A stretch of 64,000 bases of DNA from Trichosphaerium sp. ATCC 40318 (lineage: Eukaryota; Protista; Tubulinea). A model generated the notes under the pieces. That model saw only the letters and a program-made list of their open reading frames with translations. It had not been told where the DNA came from and did no database searches. Position 1 is the first letter of the stretch. Each line of letters starts with the position of its first letter. Of this stretch, positions 12,151 through 23,999 are shown in pieces. The stretch is from assembly GCA_038496445.1 (NCBI GenBank), contig JALMLS010000322.1:930001-994000 (forward strand), written 5' to 3'. Both the position numbers and the translations under genes were made by a program.

Positions 12151-12825
12151 ATTGATAGTAAGAGGGTCTTTGATTTTTCGTTAGTCTCGAGCAATAACCA
12201 GAAAAACAACCAGTACTCATTTTAACAAAAATACTTTTTTAGTTTTTTGTACAAGAATTTACACGGAGAAAGAATATGTTGTACACGTGAAAGTAAGGTG
12301 AGGTAAAGCACAAATCGAGTTTGAAGGGGAAGCAAGAGATCATGAGAAGTGAGAAGTGAGAAGAACACAAAATCTGTCAACATGGGGAAAGCCAAATAGA
12401 GAAACAATGATCGTTGAATCACATGTGACATCCATGAAAAAAATAACCAAGAGACATCGAAATCTCGCCGCCAAGATTCGTTCATGCAAAGGGAGGGTGT
12501 GGAAACAAAGTGTGTGATTGTTTTTGAACGGATTACCTGCCCAAGGAATAGAGATTCCCTGGAGGCATACCCGTTTTTTGTCAAAGTGATTTTGACGACT
12601 CAAGAGGTAGGCCCACCGACCATTCAGTCGGAGGCATTAGTGTGGGGGGGTTTTGGTTTTGGTTTGGTTGGTGTGTGGTAGAAACGCAAAACTGCGACAA
12701 AGCGCAGAGGACCCGTTAGGGTCCTATAATTTTTTTTTTCCGTTTTTTTTCTGGTGTTGCACCAAAAAAAGTCAACGGATTTTTCAAGTGGGTTTTTTTT
12801 GTGCAGGAATAACTCCAAGAGCTTC

Positions 12826-15329
12826 TTACCATGGCACTTCAAATTCCAGTGAGTCTTTGCACCGGATAGACGGGGAGCTTGGGGAAACACCCAAGAACTT
12901 GTGGGCTGGAGACTGTGCTAGGGAAAGGCTCCCTTTTCGGCTTGCACGTCGTGAAACTGAATTCGACCAGAATTCTTGGTATAGTGGTTTAATATACGCG
13001 TGGGACTCCCGTAGCACGTAAGGATCAAAAGGGAGCACTGTCGGGGCGTGCGACATGTCCGAGTAGTCAAAAGCATTTTGATGCATAATATCGCGTTTTG
13101 AGATAATATTTAATTTGACGAATTGGTGGGATAGTTCTGAGGAGCAAACCTACGCAAAAGCTTTAATAAAAGGTGCTTGAAGTAGTTTTAAGTTAAGTTC
13201 GAAAGAAGGCGTACCTTAAGGGGGTTCAGAGATGAGTTGATGATCGCAATAAAATCCAGTGACTGAACGAATTGTTGTCCCTCGGCGTCCAAAGAAAGAT
13301 CAAAGTATTTGAAACATAATATGTAAAATAGCGCTTGACAAGCACCGTAGAATACGCCATGAGAGTTTGGATCAGGTAAAGCACCCGCGTAGCGGTGAAC
13401 GTAAGATCGTGTGTACTGGTAGAGACCTTGAAGGACTTGTCGAACAAGGGCATCAGGAAGGCAAGAAGATCGAGCAATGAATGATCCTAGTAGTTGCCGT
13501 GAGAACGGTAAACATCAAAGCGAGAAAAGCGAAAAAAAAACTAAATATTTTCGTTCGTATCAGAGTTAAAGCGCTCGTATTTTAATCACGGGGAATTACA
13601 ACGACGTGTCAGTATAATGAGTCTTCATTTGAACGTTTAAAAAAAAAGCAAAATTCAATGAATACAAAACTTCAAAAAAAAGAAATCAAAAGATCTGACG
13701 TTCGTACCGATGTAGTGTGTTGCATTACAGCGTAACTTCTTAGGAAGCTTCTCATTTATCATTGTTGTGTATAGGAGTTGCAAGAATCGATGTGCAAAGG
13801 TAGGGTACCGACATACGTAGAAGAGAATATACTGTACTACCTTTGTTTCGTAAACAGGTAAAATTATCCTTGAGAAGATGTTCAATAGCGCTGTAAAGTA
13901 AGTATCGTGCTGTTGCAAGCAAATTGTGCCAAGGAAATCAAATATGACTGTCATGAGACTATCCAATACGTCGGCCGAGTGTTTCATCTCTTCCGCGCGG
14001 TCTAGGAGCGAATTTGAGACTCGACTACTCGGACGCGTAGTGTACAGTACCTTTTTGATTTTGCACTTTTGGCGTGATATCAATATTTGTGTCCATATCC
14101 ATATCAAAAACTTCGTAGTCTTCCTCCTGAGTTGTTGGATGGTGTTGATCAAGTTTGAGGCACAAATCAAAATTTACCACGTGTGTAATTACAGGCATCA
14201 ATACGTCTTCTAGGGACGCACGTGCATAAGCTGAAAGGCGTAATACGTTCGCTATAAAAAGGCTCTGGAATTGTGGAGGCAAAAATCTGTGTGGGAAGTT
14301 GTCTTGGATGACTGTGGCGATGTGATTGTTTCCGACAGGGTGACGTCTTAAAAGTGCCGCTGTAAGCTCGTGTGTGAAATCAAGTGTAGATTGTGAAGGT
14401 TCCCGCCAAATACCACCATCTACAAAAAAAAAATTAGCGATAAATACGAAGGACATTGACCAAAAATATAAAGCATTTGTGGGCAAATAATGCACAAATA
14501 CGGCACTTCTTCATTTATGTATTTTTAAAGCAAAGAGTCGTTTCATATCGGATTTTAAAGAAACTACGCTACACCAGCGCAATAGTGGCCAGTACGAAAA
14601 ATTGTATTTATTTATTTTCTTTTTTTGTTGAAGTTGCGAAAGAAACGTGAAAACCCGATTCAGATACGCGAGGCGCTGTTGTGGTAAGTGTAGAGTGGTA
14701 GTTCTGGGGAACAAAAAAAATATTTTGATTTTTTTGAACAAAATTTTTGCAAATACGTACTTTGGATGTCTGCCTCTGGTAAAAAGCTCTTTACTAAATG
14801 GTTTAATGATAGTAGAATGAAATCCTCGGCATTGGCGGCATTCATGGCAAGAAGAAGTTCAGAAAACGCCTACATTACAATAAATCATTTGTTTTATACT
14901 ACAAAATAACAATCGTGAGTTGGCGCGTACTTGTAAAGTGTCTCGATCCGTCGAATGCCATTTTAGACAGAATATAGCTTGACACAAGTCTCTTCGACTT
15001 GGTTTTATGCGTACAGCACAACAAGCAAGTAGGCGATACCATAAAGCTTTGTTTCTGGACTCTGACTTGAGTTGTGTAAGCATGTGAATGTAACCTTTTG
15101 ACCCTACATCCTAAAGTGGTGTAAGGTATTATACGCGTATAACGAAAGCATACGCGAACAAACGAATCGATTTGAATAAAGCAAATTGGTTTTTTTTTTG
15201 TTTTTCCAGTAACGAACGTACAGCGTCTAGTACTCTCTCAACCATGGCCAAGTTTTTCGTTAGAGTTGGATCTGGCTTGTGTGAAACCGCCATACTGTTA
15301 CTGTTTCTCCTGAGGGTCGCAACAGACAT
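12826..15329 (-). CDS. RRN3: RNA polymerase I transcription initiation factor RRN3 (TIF-IA), multi-exon
   Basis: Motifs LDSLMTVIF, ILPVYETKVVQYILFY, VFYGACQALFYILCF, LPFDPYVL...IKPLY. The 3' end may extend to about 12640 via a further intron. Confidence 0.9.
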
Positions 15330-15471
15330 TAAAGAAAATAATTGTACAACTGGTTGCGGAGGTGTGGCTTCTAATTTATTTCCGCTGAATTATGGGTTAA
15401 GGCATTGTTTTCAGTGACTTAGAGTTGCTTTTGCAATGTCGTTTTCTTTTTAGTGTTAGAGCCAATAAATC

Positions 15472-18182
15472 ATGCATCTAATTCGTAACGCATACCTCTC
15501 AGACGGTGATTCTGACGAAGATGCGTCATCAAAATTACCTGCTTTGAAGCGTAAAAAGGTTGATTTAGCACCTATTGTACACCAAGGGCCGGTATGTAGC
15601 TAAATACGCTTTTTTAAAAAATTTACCGTTCTACAGACCGAACAGTTCTATACGTCCGCCGAGGCTGCTAAATTAATGATAAATCCTACATACAATGAGA
15701 TGTGGAAGGATGTGCAAGGCCCACAAGCCAATCCATTCCGTGTCAGCGGTATAGCGCCAGGTACGCTCTCACTGGATTTTTAAATAGCGCTTTTACCCAA
15801 CTGTACTATTTTACACCCAGTGTACCTCCATGCCAATAAAACACCAACGACACCACAAAGACAGCATTTACTGAAACTTTAACTCACAGGCGTCCGAAAT
15901 ACATTAACAGGTTTTGTAACCGATCACAGTATTCATGATCATTCGTTTGAAAGTCAATACCAAAACTTTAGAGCGAAAGGTACGATACAAACAGATATCC
16001 GTTGTATTCTTTTTTCTAAAAATTCGAAAAATATTTTTTTTTCTTCTTTTGCGTTTTTCTCAAAATATCTCCAAGTATGTCGCTCAAAACCCTTTAATTC
16101 TTACTCTAATAGGTGTCACTATGGACCCTGATGCTTACAGTGATAATCATCAGGTATACACAAGTGTAAAGACAGGAGATAGTCAAGGTCCATTGCCAAG
16201 ACGAAAAAAAAATAAGAGCGGAAGAAAACGCAAACGTGAACCGAAACAAGAGGAGCCATTGGGTGAGGATGAAGAAGAAGAGATTGAATTCGATGGTGCA
16301 TGGATGGACGAAGCATCAGAGGAGGATGATCCATCATCAGATGAAGAAGAAGGTAAAAAAGAAGAAGAGAAAGCAGAAGGAACTGCAGAAGGAGAAGCTG
16401 AAGTTGAGAAAATTGTTTTGGTCGATCAACCTTTCGATGCACGTATCGAATGGCTTGTCAAACCAACACTGGATTACCAAGGTATGTATCACGTATTTTT
16501 TATTGGATATAAATCAAGTGGGTCACTGTTAGACCATCAGAAATTATCAGTCTTTTTCTTTTTTTATTGCTTTTTTTTATGTTACCTCTTTCTTTTGTTC
16601 CTTTCTGACCTTGTTCTCTTCTATTTTAGGTCGTTCTACTATACTACCTGCAAAGTATCTCAAACCCAACTCGAATCCTTCTTGCTTTTTACCAAAGAAG
16701 CGTATACATACATACAAAGGTCACTTCAAGGGCGTAAATATGATTCGGTGGTATCCACAATATGGTCATTTACTATTCTCTGCTGGTCTTGATGGTGATG
16801 TACGCGTGTGGGAGTTTGGAGGTAAACGCCGTTGTGTTGGCGTGTACCACGCTCACGTCAATGCTTGCAAGGTACGAGACTATAGACTTTTCTTTGAATT
16901 TTTTTAAACAGTGTTTTTTTATGATCAACTTTTCGTTGTTCCTTGTTGGCACTAGCGATTTCAATGTCATTAAAAATCTTAAAAATGCCTATAAAAAACA
17001 AAGTGGAACGTTGCTTCAACCTGAATCGAATGTTAACGGTTTGCGAAGGGCGAACGGTTTGGTTTTTTTTTTATTGACTTTTTTTATTCTTCGAAACTTT
17101 TTTGCTTATTCTTATTGTTACAGGGTATCGATATTTTTTATGAAGGAGATAAATTTGCTTCTTGTGGATTTGATGCACATGTTCGTGTTTGGGATATTGA
17201 AAGCGGTAAATGCACAGCTGCGTTCCGTACAGGGAAACAACCTAATTGTGTTAAATTTTATCCTCATAACAGTAATCGTGTTCTTGTTGGTCAAGCTGAT
17301 CGTAAAGTAACAGAGGTACAGTACTATCATCCCACGAGTTTTTTTTATTTTATCAATCTTGTGATGCCCAAAGTGAAAAAATTTTTATTTTGAGATTTAC
17401 CTCTGTGTACTTTACAAAATCCTATTAAGTGATATAATCGTGAGAACAATACTATTAGCGTAAAATATCACTTTTTTTCAAAAAATCGCGTACAGGTCTT
17501 CCAGTTAACCTTTCTCTTTTTTGACCTTATTTTTATTTTGTTTTTGGTTACTTACGTTCACGTGTAAGTTCCTTTGTTTTTTAAAGATATTCTTTAATTG
17601 CCATCGAAGAGGTTACTTGTAGCATATTTGTGACTTACTTTTCTTTAGTGGGATATCAGAAGCGGTAAGAGAGTACAAGTATACGATAGACATCTCAAAG
17701 GTGTAAATACTGTCACTTTTCTTGATAATGGTCGTCGTTTTGCAACTACTTCTGATGATAAGACCATACGTGTTTGGGATCATGGTATACCTGTTGATAT
17801 AAAGTATATTGCAGAACCTCATATGCATTCTATGCCTGCAACTTGCTTGACACCTAACGGAAAATGGCTTGTTTGTCAATCACTTGATAATCAAATCGTT
17901 ACATACTCTGCTTTTAATAAGTACCGTCTTAATTCTAAAAAGAGGTTCCGTGGTCATGCTGTTTCTGGTTATGCATGTGAAGTTACTGTATCACCTGATA
18001 TGCAGTATGTAGTAAGTGGTGATTATACAGGAAAAGTATGGTTCTGGGATTGGAAGACTTGTAAGTCTTTGAAGTCTATTCCTGCTCATAATGGTCCTTG
18101 TATGGGTGTACAATGGCACCCTTTGGATCAATCAAAGGTTATTACATGCGGATGGGATGGACTTGTACATCTATGGGATTAA
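15472..18182 (+). CDS. CDC40: Pre-mRNA splicing factor CDC40/PRP17 (WD40)
   Basis: [68 protein letters not shown]...[16 protein letters not shown]; seven GT-AG introns. Confidence 0.95.
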
Positions 18183-18524
18183 ACAAGCCCAAAAATTAAT
18201 AAATAAAACACGTGCACAAACTACGACTCATTCTTCTTTTTCCCTTTTCGAAACTAAAAAAGACGTTTTCACGAAACAGTATCTATTTTGCTAGACGGGT
18301 TATACCAACTTGTAAAAAGAATTTGCTAAACATTGACTTAAAAGTGACTCCGAATTACGGTCTAATTCGACTCACTAGTAAACACGTTGACTTTGCTAAA
18401 AAGTCGAAGTTTGCGCTAGAAGGTCCCAGTGAACCGCTCTACTCTGGTTGTAAATACAAACAAGACTTATTGTAGACCTCGTGTTACGAAAGGTCACATA
18501 ATTTTTTACCAACACAGGCGTAAA

Positions 18525-20799
18525 ATGGTACGCTTTGATAACAATCAACGCAAACAGGTCATGACATGACATTTATGACGTTTTATAGAACTTTGGAGCT
18601 AAATTATGTTTGATGCTAGTAATAGTAGTTATTTCATCAATGTTGCTGTATATCAACATGAGCAGAAACTCAGTGCGCTTTTATCGATGCTTCAATCAAA
18701 AATCTTCTTGTTTTTTCTATACCACTTATCGCGAATGTATTAATTACTACATCGTTTTGCCGCTACCAATATAACGAATATAACGCTATGGAGGTCACCG
18801 CGTACTTTATTTTTTTTAATCGATCGGAATTTGTAGCACGTGAATTTCTGCTTTTATGATAATGCGCTAACTCAAAATAGCGCCAAAATCCAATCATCAT
18901 ATTTTGTCATGAAAATCAGACAACCGTTTAAATACTACTACTACGCGCACAGAGCACTATTACACACCTAGAGCGCTAGTAGTGGCGTTTTAAGCAAGCG
19001 GCGAAATAAAAACGTTTTAGCACGTTTTCTGCGCTGCTTGATCCCATATACGAGGCTTTGTTGCAACGGTTAAAGCTCTGAGTAGGGCAGAAAACGCGTA
19101 AAAAACGTTTTTATTATCCTATCCTTTTTTGGACACGCCGATCAAATTCATTCTTTTTTTGGTACCTATCGTAAGATTTTTCGTAGGTGCTACAGCTGGA
19201 GCTTCAAAAAACTCGTAGTGACAACGCAAAATTACGTGAAGAGAATGATTTACTGAGACGTAATCGTGCTAATACACAAACAGTACGTGATTTTCCCTAT
19301 ATACAAAACGTTGAATCAGTAGTGGTTGCTAGTTAACTTAACAGCTACCGATGAAAAGCTAAATGAAACAATTGACTTGTTTACAGTTTTCTCAAAAGCC
19401 AACTTTATAATCACCAGTTAACAAAGCCGTTTAAAAACAACCACTAATTGAAAGAGACTGTTACGAAACAGATGACATTTTATTGTTTTTATTTATACTA
19501 TTGTTACTAACAGCAACAAAGGTGGTTCAACCCGCGTTCAAGTGCACTCGACATTACACTTTTAAGTGCATGAAAGACATGTATGCATACGAAAACCCTG
19601 TTCTAGACTATGTGGTATGTATTTATTAACCTTGTAACAATGATATAATTGAGGGTTGTATTTAGGACAAGAAAGATATTGTATCACGGTATGCTGTGTT
19701 ACCTGATGAGATCTACAATTGGACAAAGTTGAGAGAAGAACAAGAACATCTCATTCAACATTTAAAACCATTCGGATCAGAACCTGAGTATGACTACAAG
19801 AATGACATGGTTGGACCTCTTGATCAATGGACATTGTACACAATAACACGTTACTTCAAGGTACTCACATCATCATTATACACGATTATTCAACGTGGCG
19901 CTGACATTGATTTACAGCCAAAACGAATAATAGAGATTGGAAGTGGATTCTCAACACGAGTCTTACATCAAGCAATGCTTGCAAATAGAAAAGAAGGATA
20001 TCAGACAAACATCACGTGTATTGAACCATTTAGAGCAAATGTACTAACAGAACTAAAAGAAGATGTCAAGGTTATTAACAAACAAGTGCAACAGTATGTA
20101 CAACCCTTTTATTTTCAACTGTGTTAACGATTCTGCCAAGCGTTGATGTGAGTGTGTTTAAAGAACTGGAGCCTGGTGATTTTCTAATCATTGACAACTC
20201 TCATGTTATGCAACCATATGGAGATACGATATTGGAGTTCAATTTCATTGTTCCACTTGTACCAAAAGGTACAAGGTGTACAGGTAAACAGAGTTTTCTA
20301 AATGCGTTTTTGTAGGTACTATTGTCCATTTCCATGATATATTTGTACCATACGACTATCCATTGAGGTGGATGACTGAGAGTAGACAATACACTGAGCA
20401 GTACGAATACAATTAAAACAATTTAACTTGTTTGTTAATGACACCAAAACACTTTCTTATCATCGATTAGATTCATGTTTGCCTCATTCCTTTATGGTAA
20501 CTCTCACTTCAAGATTGCACTGTCAGTACACAACATGGATAAACACAGCAGTAAGTACCAATCATACTCTTTGTTTCTTATTCTTTTCTAATGTCAATCT
20601 TTTTTCTTTTAGAGTACAGAGATGAGATAAGAAAGACCGTCAAGTATCCTGAAGACAGTGTCATGAACGGATTAGATAGTGGTACGCTTTTGTAGCGCAA
20701 ACGTAGAACCTACTTATCATGTGATTATTAATATAAACAAAAGGAATGTGGTTGATAAAAGATACATCGTTTGATCCAAAGGTTAAGGTTGTCAGATAA
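18525..20799 (+). CDS. Type II membrane class I SAM methyltransferase (Methyltransf_24-like), copy 1
   Basis: ATG|intron|NFGAKLCLMLVIVVISSMLLY signal anchor, coiled-coil exon, then PKRIIEIGSGFST, TCIEPF, DFLIIDNSH, VHFHDIFVPYDYP, YTEQ. Confidence 0.85.
19005..19115. repeat. Intronic hairpin / mini inverted-repeat element (~37-bp imperfect arms)
   Basis: aataaaaacgttttagcacgttttctgcgctgctt pairs with gagtagggcagaaaacgcgtaaaaaacgtttttatt; absent from the homologous intron of copy 2. Confidence 0.6.
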
Positions 20800-21035
20800 T
20801 CACAAGCTATCAGTGGCACAGACTTTTGTTGTAAATATATCTTAACACAGCTGTCATCAACAGGCCAGTGTTTTCAATAATAAACGATAAAGTTTAAAGC
20901 GTGGCATCAGTAGTAACTACCTTGCCCAGCGAAAAAAAAACCTTTTTTTCGGGTGAAAAGAAAAGTTTGTTGACCGACGTGAACACTCCTAGAAACTTAT
21001 TGACCTTACACTTACACCCACCCATACACTTACAC

Positions 21036-21466
21036 TATTATCTTACACTATCCATTACTCCCCCAAACGTTCTGTGCACTTTTTCACAAGTTGCACCTTG
21101 TAACTCTTTGCTGTATCTTCCAATAAACTCCATCATTCCAAAGAACAACCACCGCCGCTACACTCCCCATCTCCTTCTTCGTGGTCTTAGGGTGTTTTCG
21201 TTTGGATGGCAAATTGGTTTGTACCATTTTAGGCCAAAATCCGTCTCAACTGCTTCATGTAAGACGTTCGACTAGATAAACTGGTTGATTTTCATTAAAA
21301 AAAAAATAGTGTCAACATTTTTCAATCACGTTCTAATACCTTTGTCACTGAGTATCAGTTAAACTTCCAGAAGCGTTCCGTACTTGAACAATCAGTATGA
21401 TCGCTATGTTTTGAAATGTTGTTTGCTATATTTGCTCCTCAAGTGCTTACTTTTTATTTCAGGTAG
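21036..21466 (+). repeat. Direct repeat copy R1 (~430 bp)
   Basis: Highly similar to 23491-23927. Confidence 0.85.
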
Positions 21467-21758
21467 TGGATTTTTGAAGTTTACGAGTGGATTAAAACAA
21501 AACATTGAGAAGCTGTTCAGTATTACATCACTGCGTGACAGGAACTCCTTAATAACTCCAATGAACTTGATACCAAAGTGGAGGCACAGAAAAGAAATAA
21601 GGAAACCTGGCAATAACAACTTCGTAAGGAATTAAGGCAGACCATGCATTAAGCCACCGTTTTTAGAAAATAAATTAACTTCTCGCAGTATACTTGTGCT
21701 CGCAACACTTGTACGCTATTAGTACGATTATTTGACAAAAACTAACGGTGATCATACA

Positions 21759-22916
21759 ATGGAAAAGGAAAAACAACAACAAACACAGTTCAACCAAGTA
21801 TTCGACCTTGTCGCGCTACCAATTGAGTTAATAGTCCATATTCTCAAACATGGGACGTATACACTTCGTACAGCCCAAACGTGCCATCTTTTACGAGATA
21901 TTGTTCACAACCACGTTGGGTATGGTCGTATCCGTATTAAAAACAAAAATAAAGCTCAGATGCTTTCTGGTAGTCCATTACTCCACAATACGATTATTGA
22001 TATCAGACTATGTGAGCTAACGGACAATGGCGTTGCAGCATTGGCAGGTGTACACACTATCTCCTTGTATGGTTGTGAGTCAATAACAGACAATGGCATT
22101 GCAGCATTGGCAGGTGTACACACTATCAACCTACGTTTTTGTAAATCAATAACAGATGATGGCATTGTGGCATTGGCAGGTGTACATGAGATTAATTTAT
22201 CAGATACAAATGTAACAGATGAAGGTTTGAAGGCATTGGTAGGTGTACACACTATCTCCTTGTGTGGTTGTGAGTCAATAACAGACAATGGCGTTGCAGC
22301 ATTGGCAGGTGTACACACTATCGACTTGTATGGTTGTGAGTCAATAACAGACAATGGCATTGCAGCTTTGGCAGGTGTACACACTATCGACTTGTATGGT
22401 TGTGAGTCAATAACAGACAATGGCATTGTGGCATTGGCAGGTGTACATAAGATTAATTTATCGCGTACAAATGTAACAGATGAAGGTTCGAAGGCATTGG
22501 CAGGTGTACACACTATCAACCTACGTTTTTGTGAATCAATAACAGATGATGGCATTGTGGCATTGGCAGGTGTACACACTATCAACCTACATTATTGTAA
22601 ATCAATAACAGATGATGGCATTGTGGCATTGGCAGGTGTACATGAGATTAATTTATCAGATACAAATGTAACAGATGAAGGTTTGAAGGTATTGGCAGGT
22701 GTACACACTATCAACCTACGTTATTGTAAATCAATAACAGATAATGGCATTGTGGCATTGGCAGGTGTACATGAGATTAATTTATCAGATACAAATGTAA
22801 CAGATGAAGGTTTGAAGGCATTGGCAGGTGTACACACTATCTCCTTGTATTGTTGTGAGTCAATAACAGACAATGGCATTGTGGCATTGGCAGATGTACA
22901 CACTATCTATCAATAA
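21759..22916 (+). CDS. Intronless F-box + LRR protein with 13 near-identical 63/66-bp repeats
   Basis: F-box DLVALPIELIVHIL, repeats ALAGVHTIxLxxCxSITDxGI; ATG at 21759. Confidence 0.9.
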   Translation: MEKEKQQQTQFNQVFDLVALPIELIVHILKHGTYTLRTAQTCHLLRDIVHNHVGYGRIRIKNKNKAQMLSGSPLLHNTIIDIRLCELTDNGVAALAGVHTISLYGCESITDNGIAALAGVHTINLRFCKSITDDGIVALAGVHEINLSDTNVTDEGLKALVGVHTISLCGCESITDNGVAALAGVHTIDLYGCESITDNGIAALAGVHTIDLYGCESITDNGIVALAGVHKINLSRTNVTDEGSKALAGVHTINLRFCESITDDGIVALAGVHTINLHYCKSITDDGIVALAGVHEINLSDTNVTDEGLKVLAGVHTINLRYCKSITDNGIVALAGVHEINLSDTNVTDEGLKALAGVHTISLYCCESITDNGIVALADVHTIYQ

Positions 22917-23490
22917 CGGCTATAAGAATAAGTGCACTGGTAGGTGCAAAATTAATTAGCTTGGAAACATTCAGCAAAATTATTTCACATTATGTGCAAT
23001 ATGTCTAATCTATGTAAGCAGTTGTTACTCTAGTAAAGGTCTATTAATCAGTAAGAAAAACTTAATATTATCTCAATGAAACACATTTGGTGCTTTAGTA
23101 CTAATTTTCAAAGCTGGTAACATGACTTTATACAAAATGTATTTGCACTCAAGTATATTCCGCTTAGACAGTGAAAAAAGGCCCAATATTCCTCCTTTAT
23201 GGGCATTTCAATGTGCACTCTCTATAAAAGTCTCTATTTTGTTAATTGACAGAAACTAACACACATACACATGACTTGTGTGCCAAGGTTGGAGCAAAAA
23301 GAGGAAGTTAACATGAGCATTCACCGAAGGTTTAAACCACATAGTCTTAAGCCAGGATACAATCAAGGTATACAACATTTCAATCTCTAAATTACTGCTA
23401 GGGACATTATCTTTACAAGTAACTCAGTTTCTGTTTGGTATCAGTTCGTTTAAAGGTAGTAATTACCTTGCCGGCAAAGAAGATACCTTT

Positions 23491-23927
23491 TATTATCTTG
23501 CACTATCCATTACTCCCACGAACATTCTACAGTTTTCCACAGTGCACCTTGTAACTCTTTTCTGTATCTTCCAATAAACTCCGTCATTCCAAAGAACAAC
23601 CACCGCCACTACACTCCCCATCTCCTTCTTCATGGTCTTAGGGCTGTTTTCTGTTTGGCTGTTGCCATTTTAGGCCAAATCCGTCTCAACTGCTTCATGT
23701 CCACTAACACCTCTAAGACGTTCTAGATAAACTGGTTGATTTTCATTAAAAAAAAATTAGTGTCAACATTTTTCAATCACGTTATGATAGTGTCACGTGA
23801 CCTTTGTCACTGAGTATCAGGTAAATTTCTAGAAACGTTTGTACTTGAATAATCAGTATGATCGCTATTTTTTGAAATTTTGTTTGCTATATTTGCTCCT
23901 CAAGTGCTTACTTTTTATTACTGGTAG
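23491..23927 (+). repeat. Direct repeat copy R2 (~430 bp)
   Basis: Highly similar to 21036-21466; carries an extra gtgtcacgtga at 23790-23800. Confidence 0.85.
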
Positions 23928-23999
23928 GAGTATTTAAAAGTAGAAGGTTTATCAATAGTTCCAACATTAATCAGCTAAATTAATCTAAAACGGAGCAAA

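Noticed and set aside
12640-12680. GGTTTT-like run as an interstitial telomere
   Set aside because: Short, irregular, and explicable as low-complexity sequence near the RRN3 3' end.
21956-22585. 209-aa antisense ORF (also 2443-2652 and 54883-55065)
   Set aside because: Shadow of the repetitive LRR coding strand.
22020-22916. Regular 63-66-bp repeats as a CRISPR array
   Set aside because: The repeats are in-frame LRR coding units without unique spacers; eukaryotic context, no cas genes.
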